Below, piece after piece: positions 8,270-15,238 of a DNA stretch of 41,232 bases. The stretch is from the IMG/VR virus record IMGVR_UViG_3300028832_002797, one strand, 5' to 3'. The first letter of the stretch is position 1, and every line of letters begins with the position of its first letter. The notes below the pieces were generated by a model. The model made no database searches. It was not told where the DNA came from and was given only the letters and a program-made list of their open reading frames with translations. Source of the stretch: a virus. Taxonomy: Duplodnaviria > Heunggongvirae > Uroviricota > Caudoviricetes. The position numbers were made by a program, and so were the translations under genes.

Positions 8270-8349
8270 TACACCAGGTGGGCTTCGAACCCACATTTGC
8301 AGTTCCAGTTACGGCTAACGGATTAGAAGTCCGACCCGACTACTGGTGT
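8270..8349 (-). tRNA. tRNA-Arg(UCU)-like, D-arm missing, 23-nt variable region
   Basis: ACACCAG/CTGGTGT; 8-nt connector; CGGA-CTTCTAA-TCCG; GTGGG-TTCGAAG-CCCAC. Confidence 0.7.
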
Positions 8350-8356
8350 ATTTCTA

Positions 8357-8442
8357 TCGATGCATATGGAGTCGAACCATCCCGGACCGCCCTGGTGTTT
8401 ACTACGGGCCGGCTTATAAGACCGGTCCAAGGGAATGCATCG
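8357..8442 (-). tRNA. tRNA-Ile(UAU)-like, D-arm missing, 27-nt variable region
   Basis: CGATGCA/TGCATCG; 10-nt connector; CCGGT-CTTATAA-GCCGG; ATGG-TTCGACT-CCAT. Confidence 0.7.
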
Positions 8443-8478
8443 GTTAGTTTGTTTAGAGTGAGTAGCTCTCTCACTTCG

Positions 8479-8553
8479 TGCTGATGGTGGGGCTCGAACC
8501 CACGACTCCCATATTAAAAGTATGGTACTCTGGCCAAACTGAGTTACATCAAC
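8479..8553 (-). tRNA. tRNA-Lys(UUU)
   Basis: GTTGATG/CATCAGC; ACTC/GAGT D-stem; CCATA-CTTTTAA-TATGG; GTGGG-TTCGAGC-CCCAC. Confidence 0.93.
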
Positions 8554-8557
8554 ATTA

Positions 8558-8633
8558 TTGGGGCAGAGAGATTTGAACTCCCGAATAACGGTTTCAGAGA
8601 CCGTTGCCTTAGACCGGACTTGGCGATACCCCA
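8558..8633 (-). tRNA. tRNA-Gln(CUG)
   Basis: TGGGGTA/TGCCCCA; ACGGT-CTCTGAA-ACCGT; GGGAG-TTCAAAT-CTCTC. Confidence 0.93.
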
Positions 8634-8639
8634 GTATAT

Positions 8640-8669
8640 AAAAAGAGTTCCTGTATCGCTACAGGAACT
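8640..8669 (-). terminator. Intrinsic terminator (attenuator 2) 6 nt upstream of the tRNA cluster
   Basis: 10-bp stem AGTTCCTGTA/TACAGGAACT, GCGA tetraloop, then CTTTTT. Confidence 0.85.
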
Positions 8670-8701
8670 TCAAAACCAACATAACAATAGGATCTTGTTC
8701 G

Positions 8702-8773
8702 TTAACCCATAGCAAAACACCAGCATCTCTGCTGTTTTCTTATTTGTTTTACTTGTTTAACGAACCTTAACAT
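8702..8773 (-). CDS. Leader peptide 2, MLRFVKQVKQIRKQQRCWCFAMG
   Basis: AAAGGA RBS; codons 6-16 are AAA CAA GTA AAA CAA ATA AGA AAA CAG CAG AGA, matching the downstream tRNA anticodons. Confidence 0.85.
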   Translation of the reverse strand: MLRFVKQVKQIRKQQRCWCFAMG

Positions 8774-8790
8774 TTCTGTTTTCCTTTGTT

Positions 8791-8825
8791 ATTATATATA
8801 GTTTTTATTTTTCTTTTTTCGCTTT
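8791..8825 (-). promoter_or_regulatory. Class-2 promoter motif AAAGCGAAAA...CTATATATAAT
   Basis: GCG-N23-TATAAT. Confidence 0.7.
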
Positions 8826-8827
8826 AT

Positions 8828-8856
8828 AATATAGCAAAAAGTTTTTCTTTTGTAAA
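8828..8856 (-). promoter_or_regulatory. Sigma70-like promoter TTTACA-N17-TATATT
   Basis: Consensus; TAGGGGTTTACAAAAG is shared with the promoter at 315-343. Confidence 0.8.
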
Positions 8857-8875
8857 CCCCTAAAAAGAAAATTTT

Positions 8876-9316
8876 TTAGCGGTTATCGTTATCGATGATA
8901 ATTTTGGATTCCGGGCAGAATACAAAATTAAACAACGCTTCAGGGTCAAGGAGGAATGCCGCAAGTGTTGCAGCACTGTGAACGCTCTGATGGTCGATAT
9001 AACCAGTAATCTCGTTGACATACTTCGGGATAACAAGTTCAACCTGTTTCGAAGCGAAATATTCAACGACACTATCCCGGTTATCGTTATACTGGTCAGC
9101 CCAGGCGCCGTTCATACTGATAGCCACAAGCCAGTAGTCAATAAGCTGGCCAGGTTCTTCCAATACGTCATAACCCCAGTCATAGTTTCCATCACCTGCA
9201 GCCTTTACCATACACGGGTCTACGTGCAGGTTCGCGTATGCGCTTGCACACGGGAAACAAATCAGATGTTCAGATGAACTGTTAGTTTCGAATACTCCAA
9301 CTCTAAGTGTTTTCAT
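8876..9316 (-). CDS. Conserved phage protein with FETNSSS motif
   Basis: RVGVFETNSSSEH and GYIDHQS; family I recall as often adjacent to phage radical SAM genes. Confidence 0.65.
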   Translation of the reverse strand: MKTLRVGVFETNSSSEHLICFPCASAYANLHVDPCMVKAAGDGNYDWGYDVLEEPGQLIDYWLVAISMNGAWADQYNDNRDSVVEYFASKQVELVIPKYVNEITGYIDHQSVHSAATLAAFLLDPEALFNFVFCPESKIIIDNDNR

Positions 9317-9331
9317 TTTGTACCTCTTTTG

Positions 9332-9694
9332 TTATTTTCCTTCAAGCTCTTCAAGAGCATCAATAGTGTTTACATTCTCAATTTTCATTTCCAAAGACAA
9401 CGGATGTTTTTCATGTGTCAGAAAGTACGTAAGTTTAAGATACGGTTTTCCGAAAAAACAAAGATATAAATCATCTGTTACCGCCTTATTATAAAATGAC
9501 CACGACTCAGAAAATTGGTCCTTTATATTTTTACGGCCAGATACCGTTATATATTTCTTTCGTTCCCAGTCTTCAAGACGCATTATACCAACACTTGTAG
9601 ATAATGACGGATAACAAAGAATATACTCATTATTCTTATGATAATAAGCAATATATACGTTCTTACTATACCGCCAACACAACAAATTTCTCAT
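9332..9694 (-). CDS. Hypothetical protein, paralog of 9691-10044
   Basis: Shares ILCYP.L, KY.T..G.K, F.E.WS, LYL...GK.Y, MKIEN; start moved to MRNLL (ATGA overlap). Confidence 0.6.
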   Translation of the reverse strand: MRNLLCWRYSKNVYIAYYHKNNEYILCYPSLSTSVGIMRLEDWERKKYITVSGRKNIKDQFSESWSFYNKAVTDDLYLCFFGKPYLKLTYFLTHEKHPLSLEMKIENVNTIDALEELEGK

Positions 9695-10044
9695 AAAACC
9701 GTGTCTATCTCCGTCAAAGTCTGATAGTTTTCGATTTTCATTGCTACACGTTCGCAAATATCCTTATTGACTTCATATTTAAAAAAGTCTTCGAAATGTG
9801 CATAGATCTTTCCTTCGATTGAAAGATATAAGGATTTACTAAAATTCGTATCTTCAAACACTGACCAATGTTCACAGAATGGTTTTTCATAAGTTTTTGC
9901 ACCGGTAATAGTATAATACTTGTCGCGTACTTTAGCTCTCATGAACTTGAACAATATATTCATTGATTTTAAATCCGGATAACAAAGAATTATCCGACAT
10001 CCTTTCGGCTCAAAAGCGAAAAATATATCCTTAGATACTAACAT
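9691..10044 (-). CDS. Hypothetical protein, paralog of 9332-9694
   Basis: Same shared motifs. Confidence 0.6.
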   Translation of the reverse strand: MLVSKDIFFAFEPKGCRIILCYPDLKSMNILFKFMRAKVRDKYYTITGAKTYEKPFCEHWSVFEDTNFSKSLYLSIEGKIYAHFEDFFKYEVNKDICERVAMKIENYQTLTEIDTVL

Positions 10045-11075
10045 TTTTTAATAGACAGTTTAAAGAGTTCTTTAATATTTTCGTCACCGTTGAAAGACCA
10101 ACGTAAATCCATAGGAGCTGTAGAACTACGCGCTATCTGCATATTCGGAACATCGATATACATGGTAGAACAGGTAATATTATACATATCGTCCATGGTA
10201 TCGTCGTCATGTCCCTGGAACAGCATATTCCACGTCACATCGTTAGTCCGTACGGCCTTTTGAGGATTGACTTGAAGAATACCTAGGTCATCAAAAGAAA
10301 TGGTCAGGGCCTTGTATGAGAGCAAATGGAGAGAGTCTCTGAGCCAGATTGTATTTCTAGCTATTTTTGCTTGATTTGCTATCAAATTGTCCTTACCACG
10401 GCGAAGATTCTTATATCCAAGGAACAGAACCTTTCTGTTCTTGATTGCATCAATATCGTTTTCGTTAAAGATACCAACAATGACATGAAGAACAGCATTA
10501 TTACCAAGAGTATCGATAAATTCCAAATCTTCTTTGTTTTTAGAATCAACAAGCGATACGCCGATACCATTAACCAGTTTTTCCGATACGAGCTTAACGA
10601 TAGTATCTTTAAACGGTTTCAAATGTTTCTGGTTAACAGTAATATTCGCAATGACTCCCTGTTTCTTCAAAAGCTCAAGGAACCACATCAGATCCGGATG
10701 TTCAAAGATATTTCCACCGCCGATAGCTACTTCCGTACCAGGCTGGAGAGTCTTAATCATGGGTTCAAGTTTCTTCAAGTCACCATGCTTTCCGTTAACA
10801 GTAGAACCTTCATGGCAATATTTACATCCAGCATTACACATATCTGTAATCTTGATGTCAAAGTTTTCCGGAAATTCATAAGTCATGTGATTCGCGTCGA
10901 CATCCACCCAACGATTAACCCTTGAACCGTTAGGACCGGTTTCATTAATATAATAACCGGTTTCTTTTAACTTAGTACCGTCATCATAGAGAAATGTTCT
11001 ATGATTTCCATTAACGTACTGGCCGACAATCTTCTTATTGTCGGTAAACATTTTAATAGCCTCATCCTGTTTCAT
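10038..11075 (-). CDS. Radical SAM domain protein
   Basis: DIKITDMCNAGCKYCHEGS (CxxxCxxC), EVAIGGGN. Confidence 0.85.
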   Translation of the reverse strand: MKQDEAIKMFTDNKKIVGQYVNGNHRTFLYDDGTKLKETGYYINETGPNGSRVNRWVDVDANHMTYEFPENFDIKITDMCNAGCKYCHEGSTVNGKHGDLKKLEPMIKTLQPGTEVAIGGGNIFEHPDLMWFLELLKKQGVIANITVNQKHLKPFKDTIVKLVSEKLVNGIGVSLVDSKNKEDLEFIDTLGNNAVLHVIVGIFNENDIDAIKNRKVLFLGYKNLRRGKDNLIANQAKIARNTIWLRDSLHLLSYKALTISFDDLGILQVNPQKAVRTNDVTWNMLFQGHDDDTMDDMYNITCSTMYIDVPNMQIARSSTAPMDLRWSFNGDENIKELFKLSIKKC

Positions 11076-11082
11076 AAAACTA

Positions 11083-11122
11083 AATATAGTAAAAATAAAA
11101 CGGGATGTAAACCCGTTTTATT
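11083..11122 (-). promoter_or_regulatory. Terminator-promoter cassette
   Basis: 11-bp stem AATAAAACGGG/CCCGTTTTATT; TTTACA-N17-TATATT. Confidence 0.85.
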
Positions 11123-11468
11123 AAACCAATCGACCACACTTGTCGAACAGTTCAGGATGACTATCCTTAATCCGTTCGTATTCGTTCATCAACATGACAT
11201 AACACCTTGAAGCGTCGTCGAGATAATGCATCTTCATATCCAATTCATCCTTGATACTCTTCATCGGAATAGCATCAAACGGAAGGAACACAAACGTCGA
11301 GCTGATATAGTCCGGATGTTGTGCCTTGATGGTTGAGAGCTTTTCGAACTGCTCATTGTAGTGTTCACGCAACGTATTCAAGCGACCGTTAGCGATTTCA
11401 AGATTGGCCTTCTTGCGAGCCAGGCTTTCATTTAACGTTTCCATATATTCCTCACAATGTGTTATCAA
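11121..11468 (-). CDS. Hypothetical coiled-coil protein
   Basis: 115-aa ORF in array. Confidence 0.6.
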   Translation of the reverse strand: MITHCEEYMETLNESLARKKANLEIANGRLNTLREHYNEQFEKLSTIKAQHPDYISSTFVFLPFDAIPMKSIKDELDMKMHYLDDASRCYVMLMNEYERIKDSHPELFDKCGRLV

Positions 11469-11844
11469 TTAACTGCTCCATGTATTTATTATAAAACTGG
11501 GCAGCATATTTGTCATAATTTAAAGTTTTTGCTTTTTCTCCGAGTTCTCTGACCTGTTTAATACTTCTGACTTTTATATTCAACAAATCTTCACCGAACT
11601 GTTTAAAAGCGCCGTTATTTTCATATCCCATCAAAACTCTGACGTCATATCCAAAAGTAATCTTGGTAAGACCGACAATAGCACAGAGACCAGTGTCGAA
11701 CTTACGTTCTTCGATTTCACATACGGTGTTAAACATTACATGTCTCAACGAATTATTATGGTTTTCGCACCACTCCAAAATCTGGCAAATAACGAAACAT
11801 ATTACGCCGACAATACACAGAATTGGTGAAATAATATCCCACAT
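11452..11844 (-). CDS. Hypothetical membrane protein (tandem family)
   Basis: N-terminal TM segment; C-terminus YNKYMEQLIDNTL. Confidence 0.6.
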   Translation of the reverse strand: MWDIISPILCIVGVICFVICQILEWCENHNNSLRHVMFNTVCEIEERKFDTGLCAIVGLTKITFGYDVRVLMGYENNGAFKQFGEDLLNIKVRSIKQVRELGEKAKTLNYDKYAAQFYNKYMEQLIDNTL

Positions 11845-11855
11845 ATCAATAACTC

Positions 11856-12335
11856 CTATAATTTATCGATTACTTTTTCCAGATACTTGTTGTAGCATAC
11901 AGCTTCATGCTTTTCAAGATCCCAGTTAAGAAGTTCATCCCTGACCTTTTCAGCCGTTTTTATTCTGAAAAGATTTCCGCTTTCGAAAACATCAACAGGA
12001 ATATCGTTATACAGGGTAGTTATCGTAAAATTCAACCAGGCAACATTATGTTTGAACTGAATGGCAAATCTCAGGTTATTATGCTTTTCTAATCTATAAT
12101 CAAGCGTAAAATGATTTATAAGCTTGGCAGATATAAGATTTATATTAGCATCATGCTTATTAATCCAACTTGCAACCGATAAGCCGGATAAAAGTATAAG
12201 CACTACAGCAGTAAACGCCAAACATAATTTTAGAATACTGTTGTCGATATTATCCCTTATAAGAACTACAATGCCAGTAGGTATAAATGTAAAGAATAAT
12301 ATATACGCAATTATACAATACTTATTGGAACTCAT
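11856..12335 (-). CDS. Hypothetical membrane protein (tandem family)
   Basis: Two TM segments; C-terminus YNKYLEKVIDKL. Confidence 0.6.
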   Translation of the reverse strand: MSSNKYCIIAYILFFTFIPTGIVVLIRDNIDNSILKLCLAFTAVVLILLSGLSVASWINKHDANINLISAKLINHFTLDYRLEKHNNLRFAIQFKHNVAWLNFTITTLYNDIPVDVFESGNLFRIKTAEKVRDELLNWDLEKHEAVCYNKYLEKVIDKL

Positions 12336-12739
12336 TCTAAATTTCCTAAAACTTCTTCGGCATACTTATCGTTAGCGAACTTACAGATTTCAAACGGGTT
12401 CAAGTTACTAAGTCTTTTAACAAGGCGACGAATCTGAAAACATGTTAAAATTCGGTGGTCACGAGAATCGTAATAGACATATTCCTTATAAGGTTGTTTC
12501 ATTACAATCTTAACCCGAATGGCTGTAGACGGTCTAAAAGCTTTGATGTCACAGCAATACTCAAGATATACGAAATAATTTTCGGGAAGATCCAGTTTCT
12601 TCAAAGCAGGTTCAATCTTTGTCTTTGCCTTATCCAGCTTATGACTCAACATGTCATTCCATAAGGAAAAACTCACGCAGAGTACATTAAAGCCTTGAAT
12701 ACATGCCAGAATTATTCTACCGGGAGTCCATTCAACCAT
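12332..12739 (-). CDS. Hypothetical membrane protein (tandem family)
   Basis: N-terminal hydrophobic segment; C-terminus NDKYAEEVLGNLE. Confidence 0.6.
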   Translation of the reverse strand: MVEWTPGRIILACIQGFNVLCVSFSLWNDMLSHKLDKAKTKIEPALKKLDLPENYFVYLEYCCDIKAFRPSTAIRVKIVMKQPYKEYVYYDSRDHRILTCFQIRRLVKRLSNLNPFEICKFANDKYAEEVLGNLE

Positions 12740-13020
12740 TACGGATTATCCTCCGCATATTCTTCAGCAGTATTATAATGTTTCCAGAATGTGATATGGT
12801 GTTTACCAGACCACGTACCCTTGCAGATTACGTTATCCTTTAGCTTGGCGAGCGCCTTGTCGATACTTTCCTTTTCTGGAAGTTCCGTGTGAGCAATATC
12901 CCAACGCGGAAATTCCTTCCATTTACGCCAGTCAAAGTTATCCCATGGATTTTCAGAAGTCTTTTCGACCTTTGGCGTTACGTCGGACGTATGTTTAAGT
13001 TCAGCTTCTACAATCTTCAT
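12739..13020 (-). CDS. Hypothetical protein
   Basis: 93-aa ORF after a promoter cassette. Confidence 0.55.
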   Translation of the reverse strand: MKIVEAELKHTSDVTPKVEKTSENPWDNFDWRKWKEFPRWDIAHTELPEKESIDKALAKLKDNVICKGTWSGKHHITFWKHYNTAEEYAEDNP

Positions 13021-13026
13021 ATACTA

Positions 13027-13066
13027 AATATAATAAAAACTAGGCACTTTGTCAATGCCTAGTTTT
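13027..13066 (-). promoter_or_regulatory. Terminator-promoter cassette
   Basis: 11-bp stem AAAACTAGGCA/TGCCTAGTTTT; TTGACA-N17-TATATT. Confidence 0.85.
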
Positions 13067-13088
13067 GTTTAGCTAATTATGTCAATAT

Positions 13089-13553
13089 TTACTTGGTACG
13101 AATCTGGAATTCGAACGGCTTATCTTCTTCCTTTTTCTCTACTGCTGGAATCGTAATGGTCAAGAGACCGTTTTCAATAACCGCGTCGAGCTTGTCAAGA
13201 TCTACCGTATTCGGAATCTTCCAGGCGCAATGCTTTGTAATCTTAATCTTAGTGACTTCAACCTGACGCTTTGCGGCCTTTTCTTCTTCGGCCTTCTTTT
13301 CGTCTTCTGTCTTTTCTTCCTCAACAAGGTCGAAAATCAAGTAGTTGACTCCATCCTTAGTCTGCTTTGTAAGCTTTACGTCTTTTTCGGACTTTCCAGG
13401 GATTGCCAACTTGATAATATTCGTTCCGTCTTCTTCGACAATCATATCTACCGGAAGAGTAATCTTCTTCATGGTTTCTTCGACCGGGTTGTAACCCTGC
13501 ATTGTCAAGAACGGGGTGAAAAGAGAATCAAATACGTTAAACAATTCGTTCAT
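13089..13553 (-). CDS. Small heat shock protein (Hsp20/alpha-crystallin)
   Basis: PVDM..E, KLAIPG..EKDVKLT, IPNTVD..KLDAVIENGLLTITIP; start moved to MNELF with AAAGGA RBS. Confidence 0.85.
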   Translation of the reverse strand: MNELFNVFDSLFTPFLTMQGYNPVEETMKKITLPVDMIVEEDGTNIIKLAIPGKSEKDVKLTKQTKDGVNYLIFDLVEEEKTEDEKKAEEEKAAKRQVEVTKIKITKHCAWKIPNTVDLDKLDAVIENGLLTITIPAVEKKEEDKPFEFQIRTK

Positions 13554-13677
13554 TTTATTTATCCTTTGGGACCTATTCAGTGTCCCTGTCGCTTCCATTG
13601 TTCTACTAACTTCCGAACTTTCGTGAAATTAGTTCCGACCGCTGAAGCATAACGGTCAAACTCTTCGTTATTCGCTT

Positions 13678-13685
13678 TATTTATA
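13678..13685 (-). promoter_or_regulatory. Possible T4-late-like promoter TATAAATA upstream of hsp20
   Basis: Exact 8-mer in the intergenic region; chance matches are expected in AT-rich DNA. Confidence 0.35.
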
Positions 13686-13688
13686 ATT

Positions 13689-14834
13689 TTATTTCGACGG
13701 TTCTTGCATAACCGCGCCGGTATGAACGTTGATGTCCCAATACTGCATGGCGTTACGGAACCATTCGACCTGTTCCAAGGAAATCGGTGCATAACGGTGA
13801 TAGTCGATACCGAGGTCGAAACCGTTTGTCTTAGCAAAGTTCCTACCGTGAATATGGCCGAACAAGGTTATGTACTTATCCTTTCCGAATTTCTTATCCG
13901 CTTCAACAACATAAGGGTTGATAGGTTCATGAACACAGAGATAGTTCTTCTTGTTTTCCGTGAACGTATAATAGTCGACGAATTCGACATTTTCCAAACC
14001 CTTGGCGAGCTTCTTGTACTTGTCGTATTCTCTACGTTCATAGTTTCCGCAGACCCAGATAAGCTTCTTGAAATTCAAGTTTCCGATAATATTCTTAATG
14101 TTATCGAGCTCACCGAAGTCTCCGCAATGAACAACAGTGTCCTGCATGGTTACGTTCTTGTTCCAGTTCGAAATCATTTCAAGATCCATCTCGTCGACAT
14201 TGACAAAAGGACGTCTGGAATAATTAAGAGTACGTTCCTGGCTAAAATGAGTATCGGAAGTGAAATACATCGTGCCCTTACGCTTGGTAGCGTCGACCGC
14301 ATTCTTTAAGGTCTTATAGAGCGTAGATTCGTATTTCTTTCCATTTTCCTTGAGACGGACAGCAAGATATTCGTTATGTTCTGCATTTTTCGGCCAGCCA
14401 AAGAAAGTATTTGGCTTCTTGAACCATTCGCCGAATTCGATATTAGTAGTACGGGCAGGATGTTCCTTACTTCTCGGAATCCAGAATACGATAGCTGTGG
14501 CGGTAGACATTGCTGTATGTTCCCACCAAGTCTGTTGTCCGAGAGCGTCAGTACCGACAATCTTCTGATAATTTTCATTAGTCGGAGTCAGAACAGTTCC
14601 GGTAAAACCAATCTTTTCGAGAAGGTCATAGGCTTCGAATCGCCAATCGTCAGAATAGTCCTTACGAGGACATGGACCGGCAAGAAAGATAGAATTCTTG
14701 CACTTTTCGATTTTGTTAAATTCACCCTTGCTATTACAAGGCTTGAGAATTTTGAAGCTGTAGTTATTTTTCTTTTCGTTAATCATAAAGCTTGGAACTT
14801 TGGTATTTAAATATTCGTGAATAGTTTCTTTCAT
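13689..14834 (-). CDS. Nucleoside 2-deoxyribosyltransferase-like domain fused to a calcineurin-like metallophosphoesterase
   Basis: N-part IFLAGP..DWR..WE..AM..A..IVFWIP..TTNIEFG; C-part FTSDTHF, HCGDFG, GNYE, FGHIHG, DLGID. Confidence 0.75.
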   Translation of the reverse strand: MKETIHEYLNTKVPSFMINEKKNNYSFKILKPCNSKGEFNKIEKCKNSIFLAGPCPRKDYSDDWRFEAYDLLEKIGFTGTVLTPTNENYQKIVGTDALGQQTWWEHTAMSTATAIVFWIPRSKEHPARTTNIEFGEWFKKPNTFFGWPKNAEHNEYLAVRLKENGKKYESTLYKTLKNAVDATKRKGTMYFTSDTHFSQERTLNYSRRPFVNVDEMDLEMISNWNKNVTMQDTVVHCGDFGELDNIKNIIGNLNFKKLIWVCGNYERREYDKYKKLAKGLENVEFVDYYTFTENKKNYLCVHEPINPYVVEADKKFGKDKYITLFGHIHGRNFAKTNGFDLGIDYHRYAPISLEQVEWFRNAMQYWDINVHTGAVMQEPSK

Positions 14835-14872
14835 ATTGTATTTATTTTATTTAGTTACTATCTTTTGGATAA

Positions 14873-15167
14873 TGTTGAACGGAGAGATCTAGCCTAGCAG
14901 GAACAACTAGACTAGACACTAACTACTTTTGGCATAAAGCGTCACGTGTCAATCTGGGGGACTTATAAACGCTCTTACGGGTCGGTCATCCTGTACTCCG
15001 GCTATATAGCGTTAGGCCATGGCGGCAAGTGCATAGTTTGCTAAGCTATGCTCGATAATCGAATCGTTTTTGGAATATACCACCGATTTTATGGTATACA
15101 ACGGCTCAGCCTCTACCGATAATGCCATTGGGTTGGATTTCGTTCCGAGGACTAAGGCTCAAATGTC
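14873..15167 (-). ncRNA. Putative structured RNA containing an ssrA-tag-like reading frame
   Basis: About 300 nt with no long ORF, GC-richer than flanks, several hairpins, starts just after a TATATT -10; frame 15012-15128 ends ANYALAAMA*. Confidence 0.5.
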
Positions 15168-15187
15168 AAACTAAATATAGTAAAAAA

Positions 15188-15216
15188 GAAAAAGCACCTA
15201 TTTTCATAGGTGCTTT
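15188..15216 (-). terminator. Intrinsic terminator
   Basis: 11-bp stem AAAGCACCTAT/ATAGGTGCTTT, GAAA loop, T-tract. Confidence 0.85.
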
Positions 15217-15238
15217 AAAATTTGGATTTTCTTTTTGA

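Noticed and set aside
8443-8478. tRNA-associated theta (HDV-like) ribozyme
   Set aside because: Spacer is only about 36 nt and forms a simple AGTGAG/CTCACT hairpin
8206-8484. 92-aa plus-strand ORF
   Set aside because: Lies antisense across the tRNA genes
8670-8790. T-box riboswitch (AGAGA and GCTG present)
   Set aside because: No T-box consensus (GGTGGNACCGCG) before the terminator; the motifs are adjacent in a small hairpin; an RBS plus ORF explains the region better
14873-15167. RNase P RNA, group I intron, second complete or permuted tmRNA, or known riboswitch
   Set aside because: No GAGGAAAGTCC, no group I P/Q/R/S elements, no acceptor stem or T-arm, and no riboswitch consensus recognised by eye
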